Assembly: GCF_046119375.1 (NCBI RefSeq)
Contig: NW_027362772.1
Span: 303,676,001 to 303,740,000, forward strand
Direction: 5' to 3'
DNA: 64,000 nt
Source of the DNA: Phyllobates terribilis
Lineage: Eukaryota
Shown: piece by piece, positions 13,079 to 35,700 of the stretch
How the letters are laid out: each line of letters opens with the position of its first letter
Numbering within the stretch: the stretch's first letter is position 1
The notes under the pieces: generated by a model
Database searches by the model: none
What the model saw: only the letters and a program-made list of their open reading frames with translations
What the model was told of the DNA's origin: nothing
Made by a program: the position numbers and the translations under genes

Positions 13079-13421
13079 AGGGAACTTGTCAGGATGATTT
13101 TTCTATGAAACTAACAGTATGGCTGCATAGGTCTTAGCACAATAAAAATGATACCTGTCTTGTAGTAATCTGTTGTACCAACGCTGAGAAATCAAGCTTC
13201 GAATCTGCATGCAAATCAGCCTGGAAGTGCATTGGGGGTGTGTCACTACAATTAAGTGCATAGACACGCCTTAATTGCACTTCCAGGCTAAATTGCTTGT
13301 GGCTTCTAAGCCTGATTTCTCAGCACTGGAACATTGGATTACTACAAGACAGACCCCACCAAGAATCATTACTAAACAGGGGCTATTACTTATCAATAAT
13401 GTCTAAAAGTTTAGTTTCCCT
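13079..13421. mobile_element. Palindromic MITE with TTAA target sites (T2/Kolobok-like)
   Basis: TTAA|AGGGAAC...GTTTCCCT|TTAA. Internal arms are complementary (gtcttgtagtaatc/gattactacaagac; agcctggaagtgc/gcacttccaggct). The family assignment is an inference. Confidence 0.8.
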
Positions 13422-14825
13422 TTAAATAGGAGGAGTGGGATCAGTGATAAGGGCCTATATGTGCACCCATCTGGTGTACTGTCCTCTGCGCTCCAGTGCA
13501 GACTGGTTTAAAGACGCCGTTCCTTTATGTAGGGAGCGCCTGAATCAGGTTTTACTGAAAGCATTCACATAAAAAGGGCAAAACAAAGTGAACTGATACC
13601 TGCATCACAGTAACTGGGGTGTGACGCGGAGCTCCTGGGCTCCCATCCAAAATCTGTAACATGGGAACCAGAAGGATTCCTGGGCCCCCTTAGGCTCTAG
13701 GACTCATGTACAAATGCAGCGTCTGCCCCCCTCTGTAGGTAAATTCTGGGGGGCGGCAACTACATTCTGCAGAACAGCAGTGACTGTCGTGTGATGTCAG
13801 AGGGCACAGCGAGCGGATACAAAACACTGATTGTTCCAGGCTGTTTGCTGAGTGTAAGAACCTGCGGGACGGTGACAACCACGTAATGGCCGTTATTGTG
13901 AAATATACCTTTTGTGGATTCATTTTTCACCATTTTCAAGATCTCTGCTTCCTGTCAGTGAATAGAAACATTCATTGCTGATATTCAGAGGCCTTTATTC
14001 TCTACTTACTCGGGTGCACGGATTGTAGACGTCCGTGTATCACAGTTCAACTGCACGGACCGGCCGTGCATCTCCTGGCCCAAACATGAGGCTGTCGAAT
14101 TCGGGTCTGGAGACTTGAGGCCAGTGCGTCCATCAAGGTCCATCAATTCTTTTTGCAGATTTCTTTACAGATTTCACCCCTGTTGTACTACAAAATCCAC
14201 ATTAAAAACGTGCAGATTTTACAGCAACAAATTTGGCCGTGTTCACACCATGCATTTTTTCACTGCAACTTTATTTTTGGAAAGTCACAAGAAAAAACGC
14301 ATTCAGAACACATCGTGTGAACTAAAATCTCATTCACTTGTTTTTTTCCTTGTATTTTTTTTACCTGTGATGGTTTTTTTTTTTTTTTTTTTTAAAGCAG
14401 CATGCCAAATGTTACAGCTTTTTTACTGCAGTTTTTCCCCCACTGAAATCAAAATGGTTTAGCATAAAAACATATGCAATTTCCATTGCGTTTTTTTGGA
14501 CATAGCCTGGGTTTTTTATGCAGAAAAAAAAAATGCATCGAAAAAGCTACGGTGACTCACGGTGGCTGGAAGATGTGCCAAATTCATTGAGAGGCACCTG
14601 CTCGTGATTTTGGTGCCTCTTTCAGCATAGAACAAAACAGACCCTAAATGAATCGGATTCTTAAATTCTAAAGAAAAAAAAATGCAGGAAAGACACTGCC
14701 AAAAAAGGTGTGTGTGAATGTAGCCATAGTGTCACTCCCCCATAGACTGGCCAGGTTCTCAGTCTCCAGAATGTCATCAAGAACAGTACCGTTCACAACA
14801 GCAAGCAGAGATGTTGACAACTGTG

Positions 14826-15020
14826 AGGCCACGGCCCCACTATCAGTATTTGGTCAGTATTTTTTCTCAGGAGTTGGAGCAAAAACCAGGTGAGGAACAA
14901 TCAGAGAAAAGGTAGAATAGAAACTAGTCACCAATTCTGCATTTATCGCCCACTCCTGGTTTTGGCTCCCACTCCTGAGAAAAAAATACTGACCGAATAC
15001 TGATAGTGGGGCCGTGGCCT
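14826..15020. mobile_element. MITE with long TIR (AGGCCACGGCCCCACTATCAGTATT), PIF/Harbinger-like
   Basis: 25-bp terminal inverted repeat visible; a second copy lies at 16228-16400. Confidence 0.8.
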
Positions 15021-16227
15021 AAAAGAAACTGACATACAAGTTATAGTGGAAAGTTGCAGAACTTTTCATGATGTAATGAATAGGCTTTATGTACATGAAG
15101 TAAGTGTACCCCTCAAATATCTGCTGATCACTGGGGTCCCATCAGACCTTACATCCTAGCGGCAACATGGCGCCAACTTTGTGTAACACCCGGAAACAGC
15201 CTATGCCCTATAATGGTAAATAGATGTTATACAGAGGCTCCCCCCGCTCTGGTGGGCTCGGGGCACAGTACTTTGCTGTCTCTGGCAATCCCATGGAGAA
15301 TGAATGGAGCAGAGATTTGCATGCTTGACCTGCTGCTCCATTCAGAAGAGCCTGTTCTCAAGATCGCTGGTGGTCCCAGTCCTCCGACCCCCTGCATGCA
15401 ATAGTGATCCAGTTATATGGATATGGCACAAGTTCATGTCAGTTGCAAATTAGCACAGAGGGACCTCTTGTGGTCGGGTTCAGGTACTGCATGTTCCCAT
15501 CCTGATAAAATGGTAAAATAATAAGTCGAATAATGTCAGTGATGGTCACCGTCCCCATGTGCAGCATATATATACGGATCACTGACTATATATCATGCGC
15601 TGCCTAGAGAGTAATAAGACCCCCTTATTGCCCCTGGACAGTAATAATGCAAGTAACGATGACCCCTGAGTGTCTCTGTAAAGTAACAATGCCAGCCAGT
15701 GCCTCCTTAAAAAGTATAATGCCACAAGTGCTCCTTTAAAAAAACTATTTTGCCCCCATGTAAAACTACTATGACAGGAGATAAAGTGGATTTCCCATAG
15801 AAATGAATAGGAAAGAGTTTATACGAGATTTTGGAGGAGGATGTTGAAGCAGATCTGCTACAACCTGCTCCTAAAAAAAACCTCTGTGTGAACAAAGTCT
15901 TAAAAAATATTTGAAAACTCTGCAGCTGTGAACAGATGTACCAATTAAAAGAATGGCAACGAGGTTGTGGGTGATTTGCAGAGATGAAGGCGATGTTCAC
16001 ACTAAGATTTCTGATGCAGAGTTTTTCAGCTGAGTTAAAAATAAACCTTTAAAAATAAGATTTTTTTGTTATTTTTTTCTGATTCATTCAGTTTTCACAT
16101 TTTTTTTCCAAGCAGAAACATCTGAAGATGTTCGTAATTTTTTATTTTTGTAGTTAAACCTGTAAAAAAACAGGAAAAAAATTGCTGAAGAACCAACTTC
16201 AGCTCGAATAAGAAACTGTGCGACTTA

Positions 16228-16400
16228 GGCCACGGCCCCACTATCAGTATTTTTTCTCAGGAGTGGGAGCCAAAACCAGGAGAGGAACAATCAGAGAAAA
16301 GGTCTAATAGAAACAAGTCACCAATTCTGCATTTATCACCCACTGCTGAGAAAAAATACTGACTGAATACTGACCAAATACTGATAGTGGGGCTGTGGTC
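16228..16400. mobile_element. Second copy of the same MITE family as 14826-15020
   Basis: TTA|GGCCACGGCCCCACTATCAGTATT...AATACTGATAGTGGGGCTGTGGTC; shares internal sequence with the first copy. Confidence 0.8.
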
Positions 16401-16809
16401 TTTATTCACAGACTATGTAGTGCGGTTTGCCATTTGAATCTGCTCCAAAATCTACTTAGTAAAACTCTGTGTGAACACAGCCTTAGTGCAACAATCCACT
16501 CGTAAAACATTTACACAAAGGTCACAAAAAAAACGCAGCAATGTCGCGTCCTCCCTCCGCCTTGTAGTGCTAATCTAGGGACTCTCCCGATTGTCACATG
16601 GATTCTCCACATTTCTACAACCATCCCTTACACGCATCCAGCAGAGCTAAAACAACGAAGCTATAACTTGTCCTCGAAGACGTATCCGCAGCGGCCATGT
16701 TCTCGGAGTCTTTTCCCGATCTGTTCTATACGGATTGTTCTTCAGTAGGAAGAGACCGGAGGGTGGACTGTTTTTATCGCTCTAGTGTTCGGCAAATTAG
16801 CATAGTGAT

Positions 16810-16890
16810 GTCTTCTAGCCAATCAGGTGCGGAGGAGGGCGGGGTTTGCCGTGTTGGGCGGGGCTGCGCTGGCGGCCGCTTCCTGTCCTT
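16810..16890 (+). promoter_or_regulatory. mfn2 core promoter (CpG island)
   Basis: CCAAT at 16819-16823; GC boxes GGGCGGGG at 16837-16844 and ~16856-16863; ETS-type CTTCCTG at 16879-16885; CpG-rich ~16670-17060. Confidence 0.75.
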
Positions 16891-16997
16891 CACAGGCCGC
16901 TCAGGTGTCAGAGGCCGGGGATGGGCGCAGCGGAGTAGCCGGTCTGCCCGGGCACCGTGTGAGGCGAGAGTACCGGAGCACCCCGCGGTACTGACAA
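16880..16997 (+). other. mfn2: mfn2 non-coding exon 1 (start approximate)
   Basis: CpG-rich segment downstream of the CCAAT/GC boxes, ending in a strong donor ACAA|GTAAGC. Mammalian MFN2 also has non-coding 5' exons. Confidence 0.65.
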
Positions 16998-19443
16998 GTA
17001 AGCCTCGCCCGGGAATGCGTCATATCATGGAGGGGCTGATAATGCGGAGCTGTGATGTCATGTCACGATATCATTCATAGAACCGCTCATCCAGGGGCAG
17101 AGATGAGATTCAGTGCGGTTTCTACGCGTTAATGATTATTATGGGAGCATTCCTTTACTCCGGCATCGCCTGCTCTCAGTCTGGAGTATCGGACGGTTCT
17201 AGAACAAGGACGACGCGGTTTTAATTTGTTTGCTGTAAAATTGACTAAAACCTTAGAAACGTCTCCGGGAAACATTAGATTCTGCAGCAAATAAACGTCG
17301 CTGATCCGCGCGGTGCCGGGTTGTCAGGATGATTGGGTCACTGAGGGTTGGTGGTGCTGGTGGAGGGGCACACGGTGCAGCGCTGACCCCGGAACCCGCG
17401 CAGCTGTGTAGAGATCCGTGTCCTGTCTGCTGCTGCCGGGGTCAGTGCAGCCTGGAAATGGGGGGGGGGGCACAAATATTTGGTCTCCCCCAGTACCAGA
17501 GATGCCACTAAGAATCCCCCCCCCCCCGTAATCCGGCATCTGATAAAGTAGAGACCCGACCTCCCACTGAGAGCCACATTCTGTGCCCGGAAATCTGAGA
17601 AGCCCCCGGTGTGTCCCTTTAACAGTTATACGCCCCTCCTATATGCAATAATGATGCTCCCTGTGGATGTGGGTACAGAGCTGACCGCTGCAGCCACTGA
17701 TTGAGGACCCTGGTTGCAGAGCAGGACCCCTCAGGAGGTGCAGCCGGACCCTGCAGATTTCCAGTGAGGACGTATTTGCCCCATATCAGGCTCAAATGTC
17801 TCCAGATGATGAGGGTTATTGTACAACTGTTACTTCCACCGTGTGACCCTCCAGCTGCTGTGATTCTACTACTCTCCAGGCTGTCTGGGCATGCTGGGAG
17901 TTGTAGTGTCACTGCAGCTGGAGAGTGGGAATACCCCTTTAATAGATGATGCCAGCTGTGGGTGCAGTGTGCATTACCAGTCACTGAAGAGTTAAGTAGA
18001 TCCCTGCTGGCCAGTGAAGTGCAGATCTAGAACATTATATTGGTGATCTGCTCTGTGCCTGTGCGTGCCAACAGAGATTATGCATCGGGCTCAGGGTTCA
18101 TTAGGATGTGTGCTCGTCTGAAGGGCGAGAACCAGACACTGACTGTGCCCAGGACCCTGCCAGACGGGTCACTGCGGGCGCTAAGTATAGCCGCCCTCTC
18201 ACACAGATACCTGATGTGATCTGTGAGCGGCTGGAGTGGTCTGCCGGACCCTCACAATCTATACACTGTGGCTTCCTGCCAGTATAATCATGGGAGGTAT
18301 GCAGAAGTGACAGGGCATGCTGAGAGTTGTAGTACCACAGCTGCTGGAGAAGCTTACATCCCCTTCCCATAGGATGTAAGGGGTGGGTGGCAAATGTGTC
18401 CACTGAAGTCAGCGGCCTCGTCTGGTCTTAATGCGTGCGAGAGTTTCTAATATAGAGGGAATTAAAGGGGGACCCCACTGCATTATAGCCACCTGTCCTA
18501 CTAAGGGGGAGGGAGATCTATAGGATTTTCCAGGTTTCACAAAATAAGTTTTATTACTTTTGTTAAAGTTTTAAAAAAAAATTGTATCACTTTCCAGCTC
18601 TCTGCTTGCTGATATTTATTAAGGACTTTAATTGTTTAAAGGGGTGATCTAGTACCATATTTTTTTTTTCTGATAAGTTCACAAAATAAAAAATACTTAC
18701 CTGCGGTTCCCCCCTCTGCACCTCCGCCTGGGCCCTGCGTGTATCTCCAAGCTTTCTCCTCCTGTGACTTTGTGTCCAGTCAATGCTGCAGCCAGTGATT
18801 AGCTGCAGTGGTCACAAGTACATACAACTGAAATCATTTACTGGGTGACCCCTTTAAGATGTAGCAGACGTACACACAGAGCTTTAATAGGCCTTATGTT
18901 ACTGTAACGAGCCGCATGTGATCATTGTATAACCAGAACAGGTGGAAGGTTCCTATTGAATTACAGCAAGCGGAGATCTTGAAAGTCGTGATATATAGAA
19001 AAAATAAAGTAAAGTTTACAAAGAATAACATGTTTATGGAATCTGAGCTGCCCCTTTAAGCCCCATGGATACATTGTATCACATTGTGTTACTGTCATGT
19101 CCTTTTATTTGCACAGTGTGTGTATTTACCATATATTATAAATCAGAGATCCAGGAAATTGCACCCTAGTGGCAGGATTCCTATCAGCCTCACCGGACTA
19201 TCGCTTAATGATAATTTCCCTTAAGAACTACCTGTCCCTCCTATAGCTCCTCTTGTCCAGATATCTGTTTCCTGTTGCATCGTTTCACTCCGTCTACTTC
19301 TGCTGATAGGGATTAACGGTTTGGCTGTGTTGGCGTGGCGCCCGCGCGGTGTGACGGCTGGTCAGTATACGTGTGCCGTGTGCAGAAATCCTCACCACAT
19401 TGTCTGTGCGAATCGTAATGGTAGAGTTTCCCCCCACAGCGCG

Positions 19444-30638
<11,195 letters not shown>

Positions 30639-32710
30639 TGGGCCCGCGCTACTGAAACTCCAGCAAATGGGAATTTCTATAACCACTTTCTCTGTAGAGT
30701 CACGTGTCTCTTCCACCACCATCGTCCTCAGACGTGACCTACCTTCTAATGCGTCTAGTTTACATGACCTGTCCGGGACTTCCGTACTCTGATCACGGGC
30801 CATCTCTGGGCTCGCAAATCATATGCAGCTTCTCGTCACGCTGTACTGCTGCAAAGAATGATGGGATGGTAACGAAGGCCCCCAAAAAGTCAGAAAATGC
30901 AGCTTTGCCCAAAATGCAAGCTGTCCTGTGATGCCGGACGGCTGATATGAAGGACTGGGCTTCTACGTTGTCCCGTTCCCGTTTCCCTGCTGCTTTTGAC
31001 CTGACGTTTCGCCAATTTTAGAGATTCTGGTTAAAGAAGGAAAAAATAATTTGTGTTTTTCTGTGGATTATTATAATGGCCCGGACCACGGGAGACTAAA
31101 CCTACCACACATGCATTTATAAGAGTTCTCCATTAGTACACATGAAATGATTATGTAATGAAAAAATAGGTATATTTTAATTTTTTTTTTTAAAGAGCTC
31201 TGCTTGCTTCTAGTGACTGGAAACATATTAACACGAAACTGATGAAAACTCTTCCTGACCGAACGCATCTCACTGTTGAGGGTTTGCTACAGTTGCATCC
31301 ATAATTTTAGGTCCGGACATGAATTCAGTCCCTTTTGCTGGCAGCAAGCAGAGATTTTGAAAATGGTGAGGAATTGAAATGCTAAGTTTATTAGAAAGTT
31401 GCAAAACGTTTCATTATAGAGTCATTCAGCTTCATTACCATAAACCTGGAACAATCAAAAATGTATCCCACGGCCATAGCGTAATTTATTTATCCAGTTT
31501 GGACGACCCCAGTTCAGTGGTCTCTTCCCCAGCAGCTCGATGCCCTTCGGGGGGGGGGGTCCGGCTACTGGGATCTCAGGTCACTGAATATTTCCACTGC
31601 AGTCTAACGGAGTGGGGTCGTCCTTTGCACGGCTGTGGTCCGGCGGCCATGGATTCGGGGGTCCTGCGACTTTTTGCTGATCACCATTATTAATGTATCC
31701 CCTGTATTTATTACTGCACGATTCTGGGCATTTCCTATTAACCCCTTATTGTCAGGTTTGCATTAGGATATGAGGTTGGATATAACCCTCTGTCCTCTCC
31801 ACACTGAGTTTCGGTTGCCCTGTATTAGTCCCAGTCCCATATTTTTGGTCCCATTTGCAGACACAGCATAGGAAGATTTTTACTCATTCATGTAAGAATA
31901 TTAGAGATCCTGTATGTTATTCGAAAGGTATCTAGATTATAGGTGATGCTGAGATTATCGGAGACTCGTGCACTGATTCCCCCACTTATTGCCCCCATTT
32001 CCCTTTTGATGTCAGATTATTTGTCTTGTCCGTGTCATTAGAGAAGATGAAATTAGAATGTTTTGGTTTAATGCACATTGATGTTGCTGGGTTTATTTTT
32101 TTCAGATGCATCTGTTGCAAAACTACAAATCCCAGCAGGCTCTGACTGTGTGCAAACTGGCTGGAGACCACTAATATATGTTATCCTATCTAACGAGATG
32201 TGGCTTGTATAATTGCTGCCCTGGTGTTATGTCATTTTCCATCTTAATAAAAAGGGTGAGAGGTTTTGGAAAATGTCCTTTTTATTGGACACATTTCCCT
32301 TATTATAAAGCTCCTTCCTCCTATAATTTATCATAACTGTAATACTGTCATTGTCCACCAGGGGGGGACGATGCTGAGATAATTATTTTCAGCTCTGCTC
32401 AGGAGCAGCAGTAAAATGCATCATATACCGGTCATCTCGGGTAGAAGACCCCTTTAAGCACGTTCTGATCAATTGCTTGTACTGGGTATAATAACACTAT
32501 GAGATGAACGCTGGGCGCTGTCCTCATTGATCCACACCCCATATTATTCTTTTCATTGCCAAATATGATTTGACTTGAATAGAGAAGATGCCGCAGCCGC
32601 GAGGCGAGAAGCACTTTATGTTCTGCTCTGGTAATAAAGACGCTGATGTTCTAGAACGTGTATTTAATTTTGTCACAAGCATGAAAGGCTGTAACCTACT
32701 ACATCCGAGA

Positions 32711-32716
32711 AATAAA
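32711..32716 (+). terminator. Probable mfn2 poly(A) signal (alternative AATAAA at 32246-32251)
   Basis: AATAAA followed ~20 nt later by GT-rich cttgtctgtggt. This gives a ~2.1-kb 3'UTR, similar in size to mammalian MFN2. Confidence 0.6.
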
Positions 32717-32756
32717 ACATTTCTTAAATCCTTGTCTGTGGTATTATATGGGATAA

Positions 32757-35700
32757 GCAGCAGAACAGTGAGTGCAGCTCTGGAGTATAATGCAGGATGT
32801 AACTCAGGATCAGTAATGTAATGTATGTGCACAGTGACTGCACCAGCAGAATAGTGAGTGCAGCTCTGGAGTATAATACAGGATGTAACTCAGGATCAGT
32901 AATGTAATGTATGTACACAGTGACTGCACCAGCAGAATAGTGAGTGCAGCTCTGGAGTATCATACAGGATGTAACTCAGGATCAGTAATGTAATGTATGT
33001 ACACAGTGACTGCACCAGCAGAATAGTGAGCGCAGCTCTGGAGTATAATACAGGATGTAACTCAGGATCAGTAATGTAATGTATGTACACAGTGACTGCA
33101 CCAGCAGAATAGTGAGCGCAGCTCTGGAGTATAATGCAGGATGTAACTCAGGATCAGTAATGTAATGTATGTACACAGTGACTGCACCAGCAGAATAGTG
33201 AGCGCAGCTCTGGAGTATAATGCAGGATGTAACTCAGGATCAGTAATGTAATGTATGTGCACAGTGACTGCACCAGCAGAATAGTGAGTGCAGCTCTGGG
33301 GTATAATACAGGATGTAACTCAGGATCAGTAATGTAATGTATGTACACAGTGACTGCACCAGAAGAATAGTGAGTGCAGCTCTGGAGTATAATACAGGAT
33401 GTAACTCAGGATCAGTAATGTAATGTATCTATACAGTGACTGCACCAGCAGAATAGTGAGTGCAGCTCTGGAGTATAATACAGGATGTAACTCAGGATCA
33501 GTAATGTAATGTATGTACACAGAGACTGCACCAGCAGAATAGTGAGTGCAGCTCCGGAGTGTAATACAGGATGTAACTCAGGATCAGTAATGTAATGTAT
33601 GTACACAGTGACTGCACCAGAAGAATAGTGAGTGCAGCTCTGGAGTATAATACAGGGTGTAACTCAGGATCAGTAATGTAATGTATGTACACAGTGACTG
33701 CACCAGCAGAATAGTGAGTGCAGCTCTGGAGTATAATACAAGATGTAACTCAGGATCAGTAATGTATGTACACAGTGACTGCACCAGCAGAATAGTGAGT
33801 GCAGCTCTGAAGTATAATACAAGATGTAACTCAGGATCAGTAATGTATGTACACAGTGACTGCACCAGAAGAATAGTGAGTGCAGCTCTGGGGTATAATA
33901 CAGGATGTAACTCAGGATCAGTAATGTAATGTATGTACACAGTGACTGCACCAGCAGAATAGTGAGTGCAGCTCTGGAGTATAATACAGGATGTAACTCA
34001 GGATCAGTAATGTATGTACACAGTGACTGCACCAGCAGAATAGTGAGTGCAGCTCTGAAGTATAATACAGGATGTAACTCAGGATCAGTAATGTATGTAC
34101 ACAGTGACTGCACCAGCAGAATAGTGAGTGCAGCTCTGGAGTATAATACAGGAGGTAACTCAGGATCAGTAATGTAATGTATGTACACAGTGACTGCACC
34201 AGCAGAATAGTGAGTGCAGCTCTGGAGTATAATACAGGAGGTAACTCAGGATCAGTAATGTAATGTATGTACACAGTGACTGCACCAGCAGAATAGTGAG
34301 TGCAGCTCTGAAGTATAATACAGGATGTAACTCAGGATCAGTAATGTAATGTATGTACACAGTGACTGCACCAGCAGAATAGTGAGTGCAGCTCTGAAGT
34401 ATAATACAGGATGTAACTCAGGATCAGTAATGTAATGTATGTATACAGTGACTGCACCAGCAGAATAGTGAGTGCAGCTCTGGAGTATAATACAGGATGT
34501 AACTCAGGATCAGTAATATAATGTATGTACACAGTGACTGCACCAGCAGAATAGTGAGTGCAGCTCTGGAGTATAATACAGGATGTAACGCAGGATCAGT
34601 AATGTAATGTATGTACACAGTGACTGCACCAGCAGAATAGTGAGTGCAGCGCTGGAGTATAATACAGGATGTAACTCAGGATCAGTAATGTAATGTATGT
34701 ACACAGTGACTGCACCAGCAGAATAGTGAGTGCAGCTCTGGAGTATAATACAGGATGTAACTCAGGATCAGTAATGTATGTATACAGTGACTGCACCAGC
34801 AGAATAGTGAATGCAGCTCTGGAGTATAATACAGGATGTAACTCAGGATCAGTAATGTATGTACACAGTGACTGCACCAGCAGAATAGTGAGTGCAGCTC
34901 TGGAGTATAATACAGGAGGTAACTCAGGATCAGTAATGTATGTACACAGTGACTGCACCAGCAGAATAGTGAGTGCAGCTCTGGAGTATAATACAGGAGG
35001 TAACTCAGGATCAGTAATATAATGTATGTACACACAGACTGCACCAGCAGAATAGTGAGTGCAGCTCTGGAGTGTAATACAGGAGGTAACTCAGGATCAG
35101 TAATGTATGTGCACAGTGACTGCACCAGCAGAATAGGGAGTGCAGCTCTGGAGTATAATACAGGAGGTAACTCAGGATCAGTAATGTAATGTATGTACAC
35201 AGTGACTGCACCAGCAGAATAGTGAGTGCAGCTCTGGAGTATAATACAAGATGTAACTCAGGATCAGTAATGTAATGTATGTACACAGTGACTGCACCAG
35301 CAGAATAGTGAGTGCAGCTCTGGAGGATAATACAGGATGTAGCTCAGGATCAGTAATGTAATGTATGTGCACAGTGACTGCACCAGCAGAATAGTGAGTG
35401 CAGCTCTGGAGTATAATACAGGAGGTAACTCAGGATCAGTAATGTAATGTATGTACACAGTGACTGCACCAGCAGAATAGTGAGTGCAGCTCTGAAGTAT
35501 AATACAGGATGTAACTCAGGATCAGTAATGTAATGTATGTATACAGTGACTGCACCAGCAGAATAGTGAGTGCAGCTCTGGGGTATAATACAGGATGTAA
35601 CTCAGGATCAGTAATGTAATGTATGTACACAGTGACTGCACCAGCAGAATAGTGAGTGCAGCTCTGGAGTATAATACAGGATGTAACTCAGGATCAGTAA

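Noticed and set aside
1-16800. PLOD1 exons expected from human synteny, and slc25a33 exon 2
   Set aside because: I found no PLOD1 motifs and no CGGTVGAIFTCPLEV-like exon in any frame by eye; slc25a33 exon 2 presumably lies left of the window.
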